Source: Macrostomum lignano
Taxonomy: Eukaryota
Direction of reading: 5' to 3'
NCBI GenBank assembly: GCA_002269645.1
Contig: NIVC01001378.1
Coordinates: forward strand, 124,001-188,000
Length of the DNA stretch: 64,000 nucleotides
The translations under genes and the position numbers were made by a program. Each line of letters starts with the position of its first letter. The stretch's first letter is position 1. Positions 1-10,397 of this stretch are shown here, in pieces. Below the pieces are notes generated by a model that did no database searches, was not told where the DNA came from, and worked only from the letters and a program-made list of their open reading frames with translations.

Positions 1-3000
1 CGATTCTGTCAGATCAGCCAAAGCTTTCAATCCAGTTAACTGAGTAATTTGAGCTTGTCGCCTCCTGCCCCACTGACAGCCTGTGTGTTGATCGTTCGGT
101 GACGTCATCATGCAAGCCCCGACAGAGATAGACACGAACAAGCTGTAACAGACGATGCCAGCCAGGCCGACAAACAATAAATTGACGTCGAACGCTTCGT
201 GACGCTCGAGTTTGGACAGTTTTAATTTTCGGATAGCATTGACAGCTCCAAATAGAGCTATTATTGTTGTGCAGACTAACACGACGCATTCAATAATCAG
301 CATGGCGATAACGTGCAGATCTCTGTACTCACTATTGGCTTGCTGACGCGCTATCAGCAAGCTGACCATCGGTACCAGGACGCAGATTGTGACAATTAGG
401 CCGCCGAATAGGCCTCGGTGCGACTTGTGACAAGTTGTGCTTCGAGGCAGCGCAGTCGCTTCACTGACAGGAGTCGACTTCTTTGCCGCCTCCGTGTTGC
501 CGACATTTGTGAAGAATTTGTAACAAATGGCTGCGCAAATCAAGCCGTACTCCACTGCACATGGGTACAGGTAGGGTCCGAGCTGGGCCGATGGAGAGTT
601 TTTGTCGATTTTGAATCGGCCAGTGCAAGACGAATTTCGGGCGGTGCCGTTGCCTGAATAAGGATTTTATTGCAATACATTTGGGCGCTAGTCAGTCGAG
701 TAAGAACAAGTATGACTAATATTTTAAACCGTTTTACCAACATATCTGGACTAATGGGGAAGCCCAGGCCCCAGAGTAGCTCACCGCTGCTATCACAGCA
801 GGGTGAACTCTGGAACAAATCGCTTACTTTGCTGTTTGTTTGTTCCCTGTGGCCGCTCTAACCTCGTACTAGTTACGTATACTCACCAAGGCTGCATCAA
901 GGACTGCTCAAGTAGAAGGACGAAAACTGCCTTTCTTAGTAAATGTTTAGGAGGCTGGTTTTCGCTGAAAAATACACTACGGAGATCGAAAGTTTCCATT
1001 TTTCAGCACAAAAATTGTTATTGATTTCGATAGGAATATTAGGAAGCAGATCCAGTGTTCATCTTTTGATATGTTTTGCCTTTTTTATAGCTCTATTGAT
1101 ATGTATGAAGCTTTTTGTTCAGAAAATTGGGACTCTATGTTAATTTTTATTCTACGTACAATTGTACATGCTCTGTGCCTAAAAAACCATTAAATGGCAC
1201 GGCTCATTGGTTTTGTGAATCTATTTTGTCATTATTTGCTGACTGTGTAACAGTATGTGTAACACAGTTGATAAAATAGATCCATAAAACAAAAAATTCG
1301 AGCTGTGCCATGCATTTTATGATTTTTAGGTACATGAAATGTACGTGGAATAAAAAATTAACATAGAATTCTGATTTTCTAAACGAAAAGCTCTATTAAT
1401 ATCATTATCTAAGAAACGTTGTTTACCATCATTTAACTTGAGTAGTCCTTCGGCCAACTCTGATTAACTTTAATTACTCACTGAATAGCTAACAAACTAA
1501 ACAGTAATTATAAGATTTCTACTCACTTTGTGTCGCGGTTGCATTTGTCAATACCGCATTGATTAACTGGGGGTCTTGAATATTAAAAACGTTGCTAATA
1601 TTCAGCAGCTCATTTGCTACGTCCAAACTTTGTCCGTAGCTTGGCGTTGTAAAATTAGCTGCAGCATTAGGGACCGTTCTGTCCAGCTTCTTCCCAGTAG
1701 AATGCATCAATCCGGTCTTGATCTCGTAGACTACCGTCTTAATCCAAATGCACAGATTCGCAACGGCCAGGTGAATTAGAAAGAATCGAATCAACGACTT
1801 CTGAGTATTTATTGTCACCTGGTTAATGCGAGTTCAAGTTTGATATTTATGAATACCACACGAGCATAGAGAGTAAAGATCCCATAAAGAACTCCATTAC
1901 CTTGTGATGCTTGAACAGGAAATAGGTCTGCAGTACGATGAACAGCAGATCAATAATGTGTTTGGGCAGAAACCAGGGGCTCAAACAGAGTTTGCTGTCG
2001 CCACGTTTGCTCAAACTGTCAACAATTTTGAAGGCACTGTGCATCATCACGCCGAACCCGAAAACTGGATTGAATTATTTAAACAGATATTTTCAAGTGT
2101 CCGTCACGCTTACAAATGTCTAGAGAACATCTTTAAGCTTACTAATTGCTCCGAATCTCAGGTAGAGATTGACGCCAACACCCGACAGAATAATTTTTTC
2201 CTGTTCAACAGCTGCTAATGCGCCGGAGTCTGGAGGTTTTTGTTGGCATTTGATATGATTTGATAATATATATTTTACAGTCAGTGAATGATCGAGCATT
2301 AGAATTTTACCTGATAAAAAGCAAGTCATTTCGACTCAAACCTAAATATACCAAGTTCTGGGGGTAAAGGACCAAACTTTACATGTTTCATAGTACCAAG
2401 ATTGATGTTTTGCATTGAATTGAAAGTTGCCAAAAGTGAAGCAAACCATTTTACTCACTTAATGTTCGTCTGAGCTTCCAAATTCTTTCGCGTCGTTGAA
2501 ACCAACCGCTTGCCGAATTGCGTCTACTGTCGTTGCGGCGACGGCGAATCTGGCGCAAGGTGCTCCGACCTGGCCTGAGCACCTGGGGCTGTACAGAATC
2601 TGCCATTCCCCCAGGGGCTGCTGTCACCTCGTCTGCACTGATTCCATTGCGGGAAACGAGTGCGGTAGAGTGTTCCGGATCAACGGACTCAGTGGCGTCA
2701 CTGGTTGCAGCGGTCGAGTCTCGTTCTAGAACTAATTTCTTGTCAACTTTGCTTTTGCAAATTCTTTTGTAATAATTGCTCCCATAGTAGGATATCAGGC
2801 TGTTCATGTACACAATGCCAACAATGCCAACCGCGTGCATAAAAATGTAGAATATCTGAAAAAAATGAAAAATAACTTTATACTGAATAGCTCTCTCTCT
2901 ATAGGAGGGGTTGGCAGCTCATCACAAAGAAAAGGAAAAGGGAAAAGAGAATAGAGGGGAAGAGGGAAGAAGAGATGAGAGATAAACGGCGGAAAGGAGA

Positions 3001-3904
3001 GGTGGAGATCGGGAGAGCAGAGACACAAACCTTGAGTGGGACGGACTGCTATTGTGAAGTTTCAAGGATTCGAGGGCCGGATAGAGAGGCTTCGCGGGTC
3101 CTCCCGGAGTTTGCCAACCTCTGCTGTATACATCACGTTGTTTGCGCCACAATCCTCGTCATCCATCCCAGACTTAGCTACCTAAAAAGCCCCAAATTCA
3201 CCTGTCTGTACTCAGCGTGCTCCTCAGGCTGAGCGAGGGCGTCGGTAATCGGTACAACAACGCCAAGCATCAGTGCGAGCATGCAGTAGAGAGTCAGTAG
3301 CGACTGCAGCATTGACAGTCTGGTAGATCCGTCTTGATAGGAAGTGAATGCTAAATGGCTTGGTTTCCTGTAAATTTAAGCAAAAGAATAATTAATAACA
3401 ATGATAACTGATTAACTACCGTCCAATGGGCAGATGTGCAACCGACAGCTCAGCCGCAGCTATTGCGCGGCGCATCTGAAGGCTCAGTGCAAGGACTGGG
3501 AGGTTGCCACACACACCTTCAATTAACCCCAGCTAATGCTGGCACCCATTTTACAGCTGGGTGAACTGAAGCAATGCAGAGTTAAGTGTCTTGCTCATGG
3601 ACACAAATTGCTCCGGGTGGGTCGAGAATCGAACCCCCGACCTTTCAGTAGTGAGTCCGACGCTCTGACCACTGGGCTACAACAGGATAAAGTGCCTAGA
3701 AGGAGTTTATTTCATGTGGCTTTATATCAAACTGGATTTCCATTCACAACTGTCTCCGACATCTCGATAGTAGTATAATTCGTGTAGAAAAACTTGGTTC
3801 TGAAAAATTCCCGAAAATTACCTAACTCTTCTCCTCCTTTGCTGAAATTGGCCGGACTTTGATTGCTGCCAGGTGTCATTAGACTTCGGTCTTACGGAGT
3901 CCAT
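1..3904 (-). CDS. Otop: Otopetrin-family proton channel, 3'-truncated by the window edge. Exons (minus strand): 3904-3822, 3367-3202, 2855-2459, 2310-2143, 2064-1901, 1818-1527, 653-<1
   Basis: Hand-spliced with GT-AG junctions and consistent phases (2,0,1,1,0,1). Otopetrin motifs: NLYLRFGAIIFGFG, FIVLQTYFLFKH, RFFLIHLAVANLCIW, PYLYPCAVEYGLICAA, CHKSHRGLFGGL. The N-domain Q/N/Y triad and the E of the EY motif are present. The first coding exon (MDSVRPK...) is less certain. Confidence 0.9.
3490..3680 (-). mobile_element. tRNA-derived CORE-type SINE in otopetrin intron 1
   Basis: Minus strand reads TAGCCCAGTGG (A box) ... GGTTCGATTC (B box), followed by GTGTCCATGAGCAAGACACTTAACTCTGCATTGCTTCAGTTCACCCAGCTGTAAAATGGG. 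This aligns by eye to the MIR/CORE consensus GTGACCTTGGGCAAGTTACTTAACCTCTCTGTGCCTCAGTTTCCTCATCTGTAAAATGGG. Confidence 0.75.
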
Positions 3905-4339
3905 CGTTGTATGAAGAAGGCTCAGTTGGCTACAATCTGGATTGTAGACTCGAATTAAACAACAAAACCGAATAGATTTATTTATGACCAGGGCAAGTTA
4001 GAAATTTTTTCAGTCGACTTAAAAATAGAGTCCTGTGTTAGTTTGCGAACTTCGAGAGTGAATAGAAGAGAAGAATTAAGAAAGAGGTGTGCGTGTGCGC
4101 TCAAACCGGCTTCCGACGGCGCGGGGCTCATCCAGAATTCCAAGTAATTAATTACTCACGTGACTGTGTTTGCTCCAGAGCCAGTACTGGGCAGTGTTTT
4201 CTTGTGATGGAAAGAAATTTATTGTGCATTTGCTCTGTTGAGCTATAATTTATTATATTTAAAGCAATTGAAACTGAGTTTGAGTAGTAAAGTAGCAAAA
4301 CTGCTTTGTTGCCTGCTTGGCAGATCTCCGGCTCTGCAG

Positions 4340-5470
4340 CATCTATCTGCTGATCTCTATGCATCTATCTGTTGATCTCTATGCATCTATCTGCTGATCT
4401 CTATGCATCTATCTGCTGATCTCTATGCATCTATCTGCTGATCTCTATGCATCTATCTGCTGATCTCTATGCATCTATCTGCTGATCTCTATGCATCTAT
4501 CTGCTGATCTCTATGCATCTATCTGCTGATCTCTATGCATCTATATCTGCTAATCTCTATGCATCTATATCTGCTAATCTCTATGCATCTATCTGCTGAT
4601 CTCTATATGCATCTATCTGCTGATCTCTATGCATCTATCTGCTGATCTCTATGCATCTATCTGCTGATCTCTATGCATCTATCTGCTGATCTCTATGCAT
4701 CTATCTGCTGATCTCTACATGTATGCATCTATCTGCTGATCTCTATGCATCTATCTGCTGATCTCTATATGCATCTATCTGCTGATTTCTATGCATCTAT
4801 CTGCTGATTTCTATATGCATCTATCTGCTGATCTCTATGCATCTATCTGCTAATCTCTATGCATCTATCTGCTGATCTCTATATGCATCTATCTGCTGAT
4901 TTCTATGCATCTATCTGCTGATCTCTATATGCATCTATCTGCTGATTTCTATGCATCTATCTGCTGATCTCTATATGCATCTATCTGCTGATTTCTATGC
5001 ATCTATCTGCTGATCTCTATATGCATCTATCTGCTGATTTCTATATGCATCTATCTGCTGATCTATATGCATCTATCTGCTGATCTCTATGCATCTATCT
5101 GCTGATCTCTATATGCATCTATCTGCTGATTTCTATGCATCTATCTGCTGATTTCTATATGCATCTATCTGCTGATCTCTATGCATCTATCTGCTAATCT
5201 CTATGCATCTATCTGCTGATCTCTATATGCATCTATCTGCTGATTTCTATGCATCTATCTGCTGATCTCTATATGCATCTATCTGCTGATCTCTATATGC
5301 ATCTATCTGCTGATCTCTATATGCATCTATCTGCTGATTTCTATGCATCTATCTGCTGATCTCTATATGCATCTATCTGCTGATCTCTATATGCATCTAT
5401 CTGCTGATCTCTATATGCATCTATCTGCTGATCTATATGCATCTATCTGCTGATCTATATGCATCTATCT
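4340..5470. repeat. Minisatellite, 22-bp unit ATGCATCTATCTGCTGATCTCT with 24-bp variants
   Basis: Direct tandem periodicity read from the sequence. Confidence 0.97.
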
Positions 5471-6143
5471 ACAAATCTCCATGCCTCTATCTGCCGATTT
5501 CCATGCCTCTATCTGCCGATTTCCATGCATCTACCTACCCTGTCCCTACTTCGGTCTACACTGTTTTAATGCATCTAGGAACACGTATGCACACGATTTG
5601 ATTTAATTATATTTATTTGCAGAAAGCACACTAGCTGTCTCAGCTGACAGCTGTTTAGAATCAGAGGCAGCATAAACAAGTTCTAACTGAATCCGATGGT
5701 TTTAATTTTCACTGATGCTGCTTATGCCAATGCAGTTGGAAGATTCTGTAACAGACACTTATAACTAACTAATAGTTTCTACACTCTCAGTTTGCTTGTA
5801 TATCCTGTCAGCTAGCGGAAAAGCTATAGTGAAACTTCACCTCCAATAACTAGGCTCATGCGCTGAAATGCTGAACTTTAAAGCCAGCCAGATTTGTGCC
5901 CACCAAATTTCAAGCGACCACCAGAATGTAAACAGGATTCGACTGCGCCTAACTGTAATGCAAACATGAAGTCAAATGATTTTTAACACCACCCTAAAAA
6001 CTATTTAGCTTTAATGCTGTTGAATCTTATAGCTCTTAGATCAGCTAGTTAATTTTTTGTTTATATTCCACCGCAGTTTGATCTCGTTTTTGGTCGCAGC
6101 GAAAGCGAATTCCTAGTAAACTTCATCAAGCAGTCTATTAGCC

Positions 6144-7550
6144 ATGGTCAACTCAAGCGAACCTCCGGAACTGCCACCCCGTCCACCTTCAATGATGGCG
6201 GTGGAAAACTCGGACAACAACACGGTTCAACTTCGCAGACGGAGCGACGCGCTGCAGAAACGTCGTCAAGAGTCGCCGCCACCACCGGCCCTGCCGCCAA
6301 GAGACTCTTCAACTCCGGTTTCAACCATCGCTACAATCAAGAGCGAAGAGTCGATTTATAGACAAGTGGAAAGTCTCGACTGTTGGGTGAACTGCACCAG
6401 ACAGGAGGCCAACAAGCTGCTGCTTAGCGGCGACAGGCAGGGTGGAACTTACCTGCTCAGGCCCTGTCACAGCCGTCGCGAAAGGTACGCTATCAGCGTA
6501 CTAAAAGAAGTGAACTCTTCGAGGCGACGTGAAGGGGCCGACCGAGTGCGTAACTCCTCCGTGGCTGCGCTGGTGTCCCGTCTCTTCCGAGCTCGGCGAA
6601 GCGCCTCCGTGGTAGAGGGCCAGCTGACGAAGCAAGAGTCCTCTAGGGTGAAGCACTACCTGGTCAGGGAGAGCCCGGCTGGTTACTACCTGTACTCGAA
6701 CCGCCGATTCAAAACCGTAGTCGATCTGATTGCCTATTACGCTACGTCGCCTGAAAAGCGCCAACGTTCAGGCGCTCTGCTCAGGCGATCCATCGCTGCT
6801 GCTGTTGACGAACCGGGCGGCGAAGAGAAGAACAAGGCCGAGTTTGCTAAAGACAGCCGGGGAAGACGCGTACGATTGGTACGAAAAGTTGGCGAGGGCA
6901 CCTACCAGGTAAGTAGGCCATGCTTATTTTGAGGATACTGTCGTCAATTGAGCTATCAAATCACGCGATTTGCACAAGCTGCGTTATCACACAAAAGCCG
7001 GATTAATTTGATGAAGATTTGAACGTTTCTTTAGACCTTTTACGTGCAGGCCATTTACCACAGATTTTTTTGGCACAAACCTCTAATTTCGCAGAGCTGT
7101 ATTCTGCCCCTTCTTTCCTCCATGAACCTTGGAACAGTTTGAAAAGTTGGAATCCTTATTCCTGAAAAGACCCAGACACGTAGCTAGCAGTATCTGGTCA
7201 TCAACAACATTTTTGCTGATTTATTACTGTAATTTATGCAGATGTTCTTGGCCGAAGTTGGCGGTGTTCAAGTTGTTTCGTTAATTCTGGACACCGAGTC
7301 GATCAAAACCGGCGGAGGAAGCCGTTCAACAAGCGCCATAGTTCCCAGGAAGCCAAGGCTTGACGATGCACTCAAGTCAAACAAGCTGTCGAAGATGCTA
7401 CCGGTGGATTGCGAGCGAAAGTCCTGCAATCTTGGCGAAGGCGCTAACCGGAAGCGGTCAGCTCGATCGGTCATTCGCACCGGAGCTCTGCTTCTGCAAG
7501 AAGCAATTGGTCGAGTTGCCGCTAAGAGTCTTGAAAAGGACGACCGTTGA
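6144..7550 (+). CDS. Proline-rich SH2-domain protein (~357 aa) ending in a degenerate tyrosine-kinase N-lobe fragment. Exons 6144-6908 and 7242-7550
   Basis: SH2 motifs: WVNCTRQEANKLL, GTYLLRP (FLVR arginine), YAISV, VKHYLV, FKTVVDLIAYY. PxxPxR motifs PELPPRP and PALPPRD. Donor CAG|GTAAGT at 6908/6909 and acceptor TATGCAG| at 7241 join in phase 0 (VRKVGEGTYQ-MFLAEV). Confidence 0.75.
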
Positions 7551-8441
7551 GACGTATGAAAAACCCTTTGGATAAGAGCTAGAGCCGTCGAAGAAGAACT
7601 TTTTTTCGCTTATAACTTGATTAAAGGATATTTTCTATTTGGTTTTTGCCATAAAAAATGAGTACATGTATAATCTGCTCACCACGCCTGCAAAAAAACC
7701 AGTTATGTAAGCTCGTCCGCGGAAACATCAAAATAACTTGGCAAGTTTCTTTATTCATTCCGTCGGGTCGATTAAAACACGAGTTTTAATGTTTTCTGAC
7801 GATTTTGCGTGGAGAGCTTTTCTCGAATAATTTTTAAACAGCATTAGAGTTAAATAATTTGTAACATAGCTTGTTAGCTAACAAGCTCGATAATTTCTTT
7901 TTCGATGCTATTGCAAGGAAAGCTATTGTGAGTATCAAAGACATTACGGTATTTAACAGCTAACTCCTATTTATTGAGCATATCGAGGATGTCAATACTT
8001 TCAATTTACGTCTGATTAGTTTTTATCTTTAATAATACTAGCTAGTAAAACTTGCCGTTGGTTTCAAGCTTGCCAGATATTTTATTCTATTCATACTTTA
8101 TCCAGCTAAGTCTACCATCAATGCTTCAATATTGACTAGACTACAGGAATCTGAATAAAACTCGTGCGAATTGGACGTAAACTCGGTAGTTACATGTAAT
8201 TAGAGCCTTATATATGGTCAATAGTCAACCAGTAAAACAAATTCATTAATATTTTAATGATTTTATTTGTCAATAAACTGTTTACCGATTGAGCACTGCG
8301 ATTATTGATTGACTTGCGTTTCCGTCATTTAAAATTTGAGTTTTGTTCTTTAGCGAGATACTTCAATCTGTCAATCTGTCAATAGCAGATGCCGTAGCTC
8401 GTATTAAAGCTCTCAGCTTCTCCTCCTCTCTGTTGGTTCTC

Positions 8442-10397
8442 ATGCCACTTCCACACTCGACTCTGGACTACAAGGGTAGGTTGGCTGATTCCCCAGTATC
8501 AGCCAATGAAAGCTTGATGGGTTCCGATTGGCCCAAAGGGAAAATAAAATACCCGAAATCTCCTCGCCCAACGTTGAGTCAATCCCGACAGACTAAGGCC
8601 AACGCTAAACCAGTCATGGAGCACGAGAAGCAGCCGTCGCAGGCCCGCACGAGTCGCCCGGGACCGCAGTTTCTTCACAAAATTCTGGCCGGCTTCTTTG
8701 AATACAAGCTGCAAAAAGTGGTGGTGATCCGAAGCATTAAGTTTGGCTTGTTTTATCGCAGCGTCCAGCTGTCTGTGATTGTGTACTTCTTGTTCTACAT
8801 CATCTGGCACAAGAAAGGCTACCAGGCCAAGGAGACTCCAGAGGGCGGCGTTGTTTTCAAAGTGAAGGGTTTGGATTTTGTTAACAAAAGCGACGACTGG
8901 GACAACGGAGCGAGGGTCTGGGACGCTGCGGACTACATCATTCCCCCGATCATGAACGGCGCCATCTTCATCACGACTAACGCTCGCGTCACCGATCGCC
9001 AGTCGATGTCGGCTTGTCCAGAGAGGGCCGGACACTGCTACTGGGACAGCGACTGCGCCGGCGGAACCATCGGCGAATACGGGCGGCGCACGGGCAAGTG
9101 CAACAGCAGTACGCACACCTGCATGTCGTACGGCTGGTGCCCGCTGCTCATGGAGGACAATTTCCAGCTGCCAGGCCAATCTGTGCTCACCCGAGCCAGA
9201 GACTTCACCATTCTACTCAAGAACAGCGTCGACTTTCGAGCGTTCGACAAGAAGCGGCGAAACATTTTGGATTGGATGACCAGCGACTACCTGCACAACT
9301 GCCTGTACGAGCAGCAGCATCCCAACTTCACTTATTGCCCCGTGTTCCGGCTGGGCGACATTCTTCACTACGCCACAGGCGACGCCAAATCGGCCGAGGA
9401 CATCTACAGAGTTGGCGGAGCTATCGGAGTTGACATCTCCTGGATGTGCAACTTCGACTTGCCTGACGAGCGCTGCCTGCCGAAGTACCACTTCCGCGAG
9501 TTGGACACCGGGCGAGGCACCGACACGCATGGCTTCTCGGTGCAGTACGCCTACAACTACCGCAGCGAGGGCGAAGACCGCCGAATGCTGGTGCACGCCT
9601 ACGGCATCAAGATATTCGTGTCCGTGTCTGGCGAGGGCGGCCGCTTCGATTTCTACAGCCTGTCGATGAACCTGGGCAGCGGCCTGGCCCTGTTCGGCCT
9701 GTCCTCCATGCTGTGCGACATCATCCTGCTGCGCATCGCCAGCCAGAAGCAGCGGGCCAGCCTGCAGAAGGCTCGCGTCGACTACTGCGACGACGACAGC
9801 GCCAGCGTTGCGACAACCGCTGCCACATCCGGGGTGAATGCCGATTCGTCTGACGAGGCAGCTGCCGATAGCGTTGACATCTCAAAGATGACGAAACGAC
9901 GACGTAAAGAGATTCAACAGCAGCGACAGCTGGTGCAGCATCAGCAGCATCAGCAGAGGCATCATCAGCCTCGTCGTCGACCTGCTCCAACCAGCGGCCG
10001 GGGCTCTTGTCCTCGTCATCGACCCGAAGTTCGTCGCCTGTCGCCGCCGCCTCCAACGCCTCCGCCTCCACCGCTGCTGACTCCGCCGCTAACGCCGCCG
10101 GCGCCGATGTCGGCCTGGCGCCAGCCGTCGCCACCGTCGCCGCCGGAGATTGTCCGCCTGGAGTCGAGCCCGTCGACGTTTCTTCGGCCGGCCTCGAAGG
10201 CAGCCGCCGCAGCCGCGGCCGTCCAGAAGCAGGCGGTTCGTCCGAGAATTCTGCAACAGCTGAAGCTGCAACAGCAGCAGCAGCGGCAGCAACAGCAGCT
10301 GCTTCAAAGAGGAAGAAGAGAAGCTGGATATGAAAGCGACTCGGCTGCCAGCTGGCAGGCAGCGGCCGCGGACACAACGAGGGAGACCCTCATCTGA
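8442..10397 (+). CDS. P2RX-like: P2X purinoceptor-like ion channel, single exon, with a long Q/P-rich C-tail. Start at ATG 8442 or 8616
   Basis: FFEYK..KVVVIRS, TM1 LFYRSVQLSVIVYFLFYII, KKGYQ, KVKG, WDAADYIIPP, all 10 ectodomain cysteines, FTILLKNSVDF, CPVFRLGD, AYGIKI, TM2 FDFYSLSMNLGSGLALFGLSSMLCDIIL. Confidence 0.93.
   Translation: MPLPHSTLDYKGRLADSPVSANESLMGSDWPKGKIKYPKSPRPTLSQSRQTKANAKPVMEHEKQPSQARTSRPGPQFLHKILAGFFEYKLQKVVVIRSIKFGLFYRSVQLSVIVYFLFYIIWHKKGYQAKETPEGGVVFKVKGLDFVNKSDDWDNGARVWDAADYIIPPIMNGAIFITTNARVTDRQSMSACPERAGHCYWDSDCAGGTIGEYGRRTGKCNSSTHTCMSYGWCPLLMEDNFQLPGQSVLTRARDFTILLKNSVDFRAFDKKRRNILDWMTSDYLHNCLYEQQHPNFTYCPVFRLGDILHYATGDAKSAEDIYRVGGAIGVDISWMCNFDLPDERCLPKYHFRELDTGRGTDTHGFSVQYAYNYRSEGEDRRMLVHAYGIKIFVSVSGEGGRFDFYSLSMNLGSGLALFGLSSMLCDIILLRIASQKQRASLQKARVDYCDDDSASVATTAATSGVNADSSDEAAADSVDISKMTKRRRKEIQQQRQLVQHQQHQQRHHQPRRRPAPTSGRGSCPRHRPEVRRLSPPPPTPPPPPLLTPPLTPPAPMSAWRQPSPPSPPEIVRLESSPSTFLRPASKAAAAAAAVQKQAVRPRILQQLKLQQQQQRQQQQLLQRGRREAGYESDSAASWQAAAADTTRETLI

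Noticed and set aside
3615-3680. tRNA gene on the minus strand
   Set aside because: It has A/B boxes, but I could not build a proper acceptor/anticodon cloverleaf, and it continues into a CORE-like body, so it was treated as a SINE head.
6485-6646. In-frame intron (AG|GTACGC ... CTCTAG|G) explaining the SH2 insertion
   Set aside because: Splicing it would delete the YAISV beta-C strand that the SH2 fold needs. Not excluded without RNA data.
8343-8441. TTG start given by the ORF track for the P2X-like gene
   Set aside because: Non-ATG start in a eukaryote; ATG 8442 or 8616 is more plausible.
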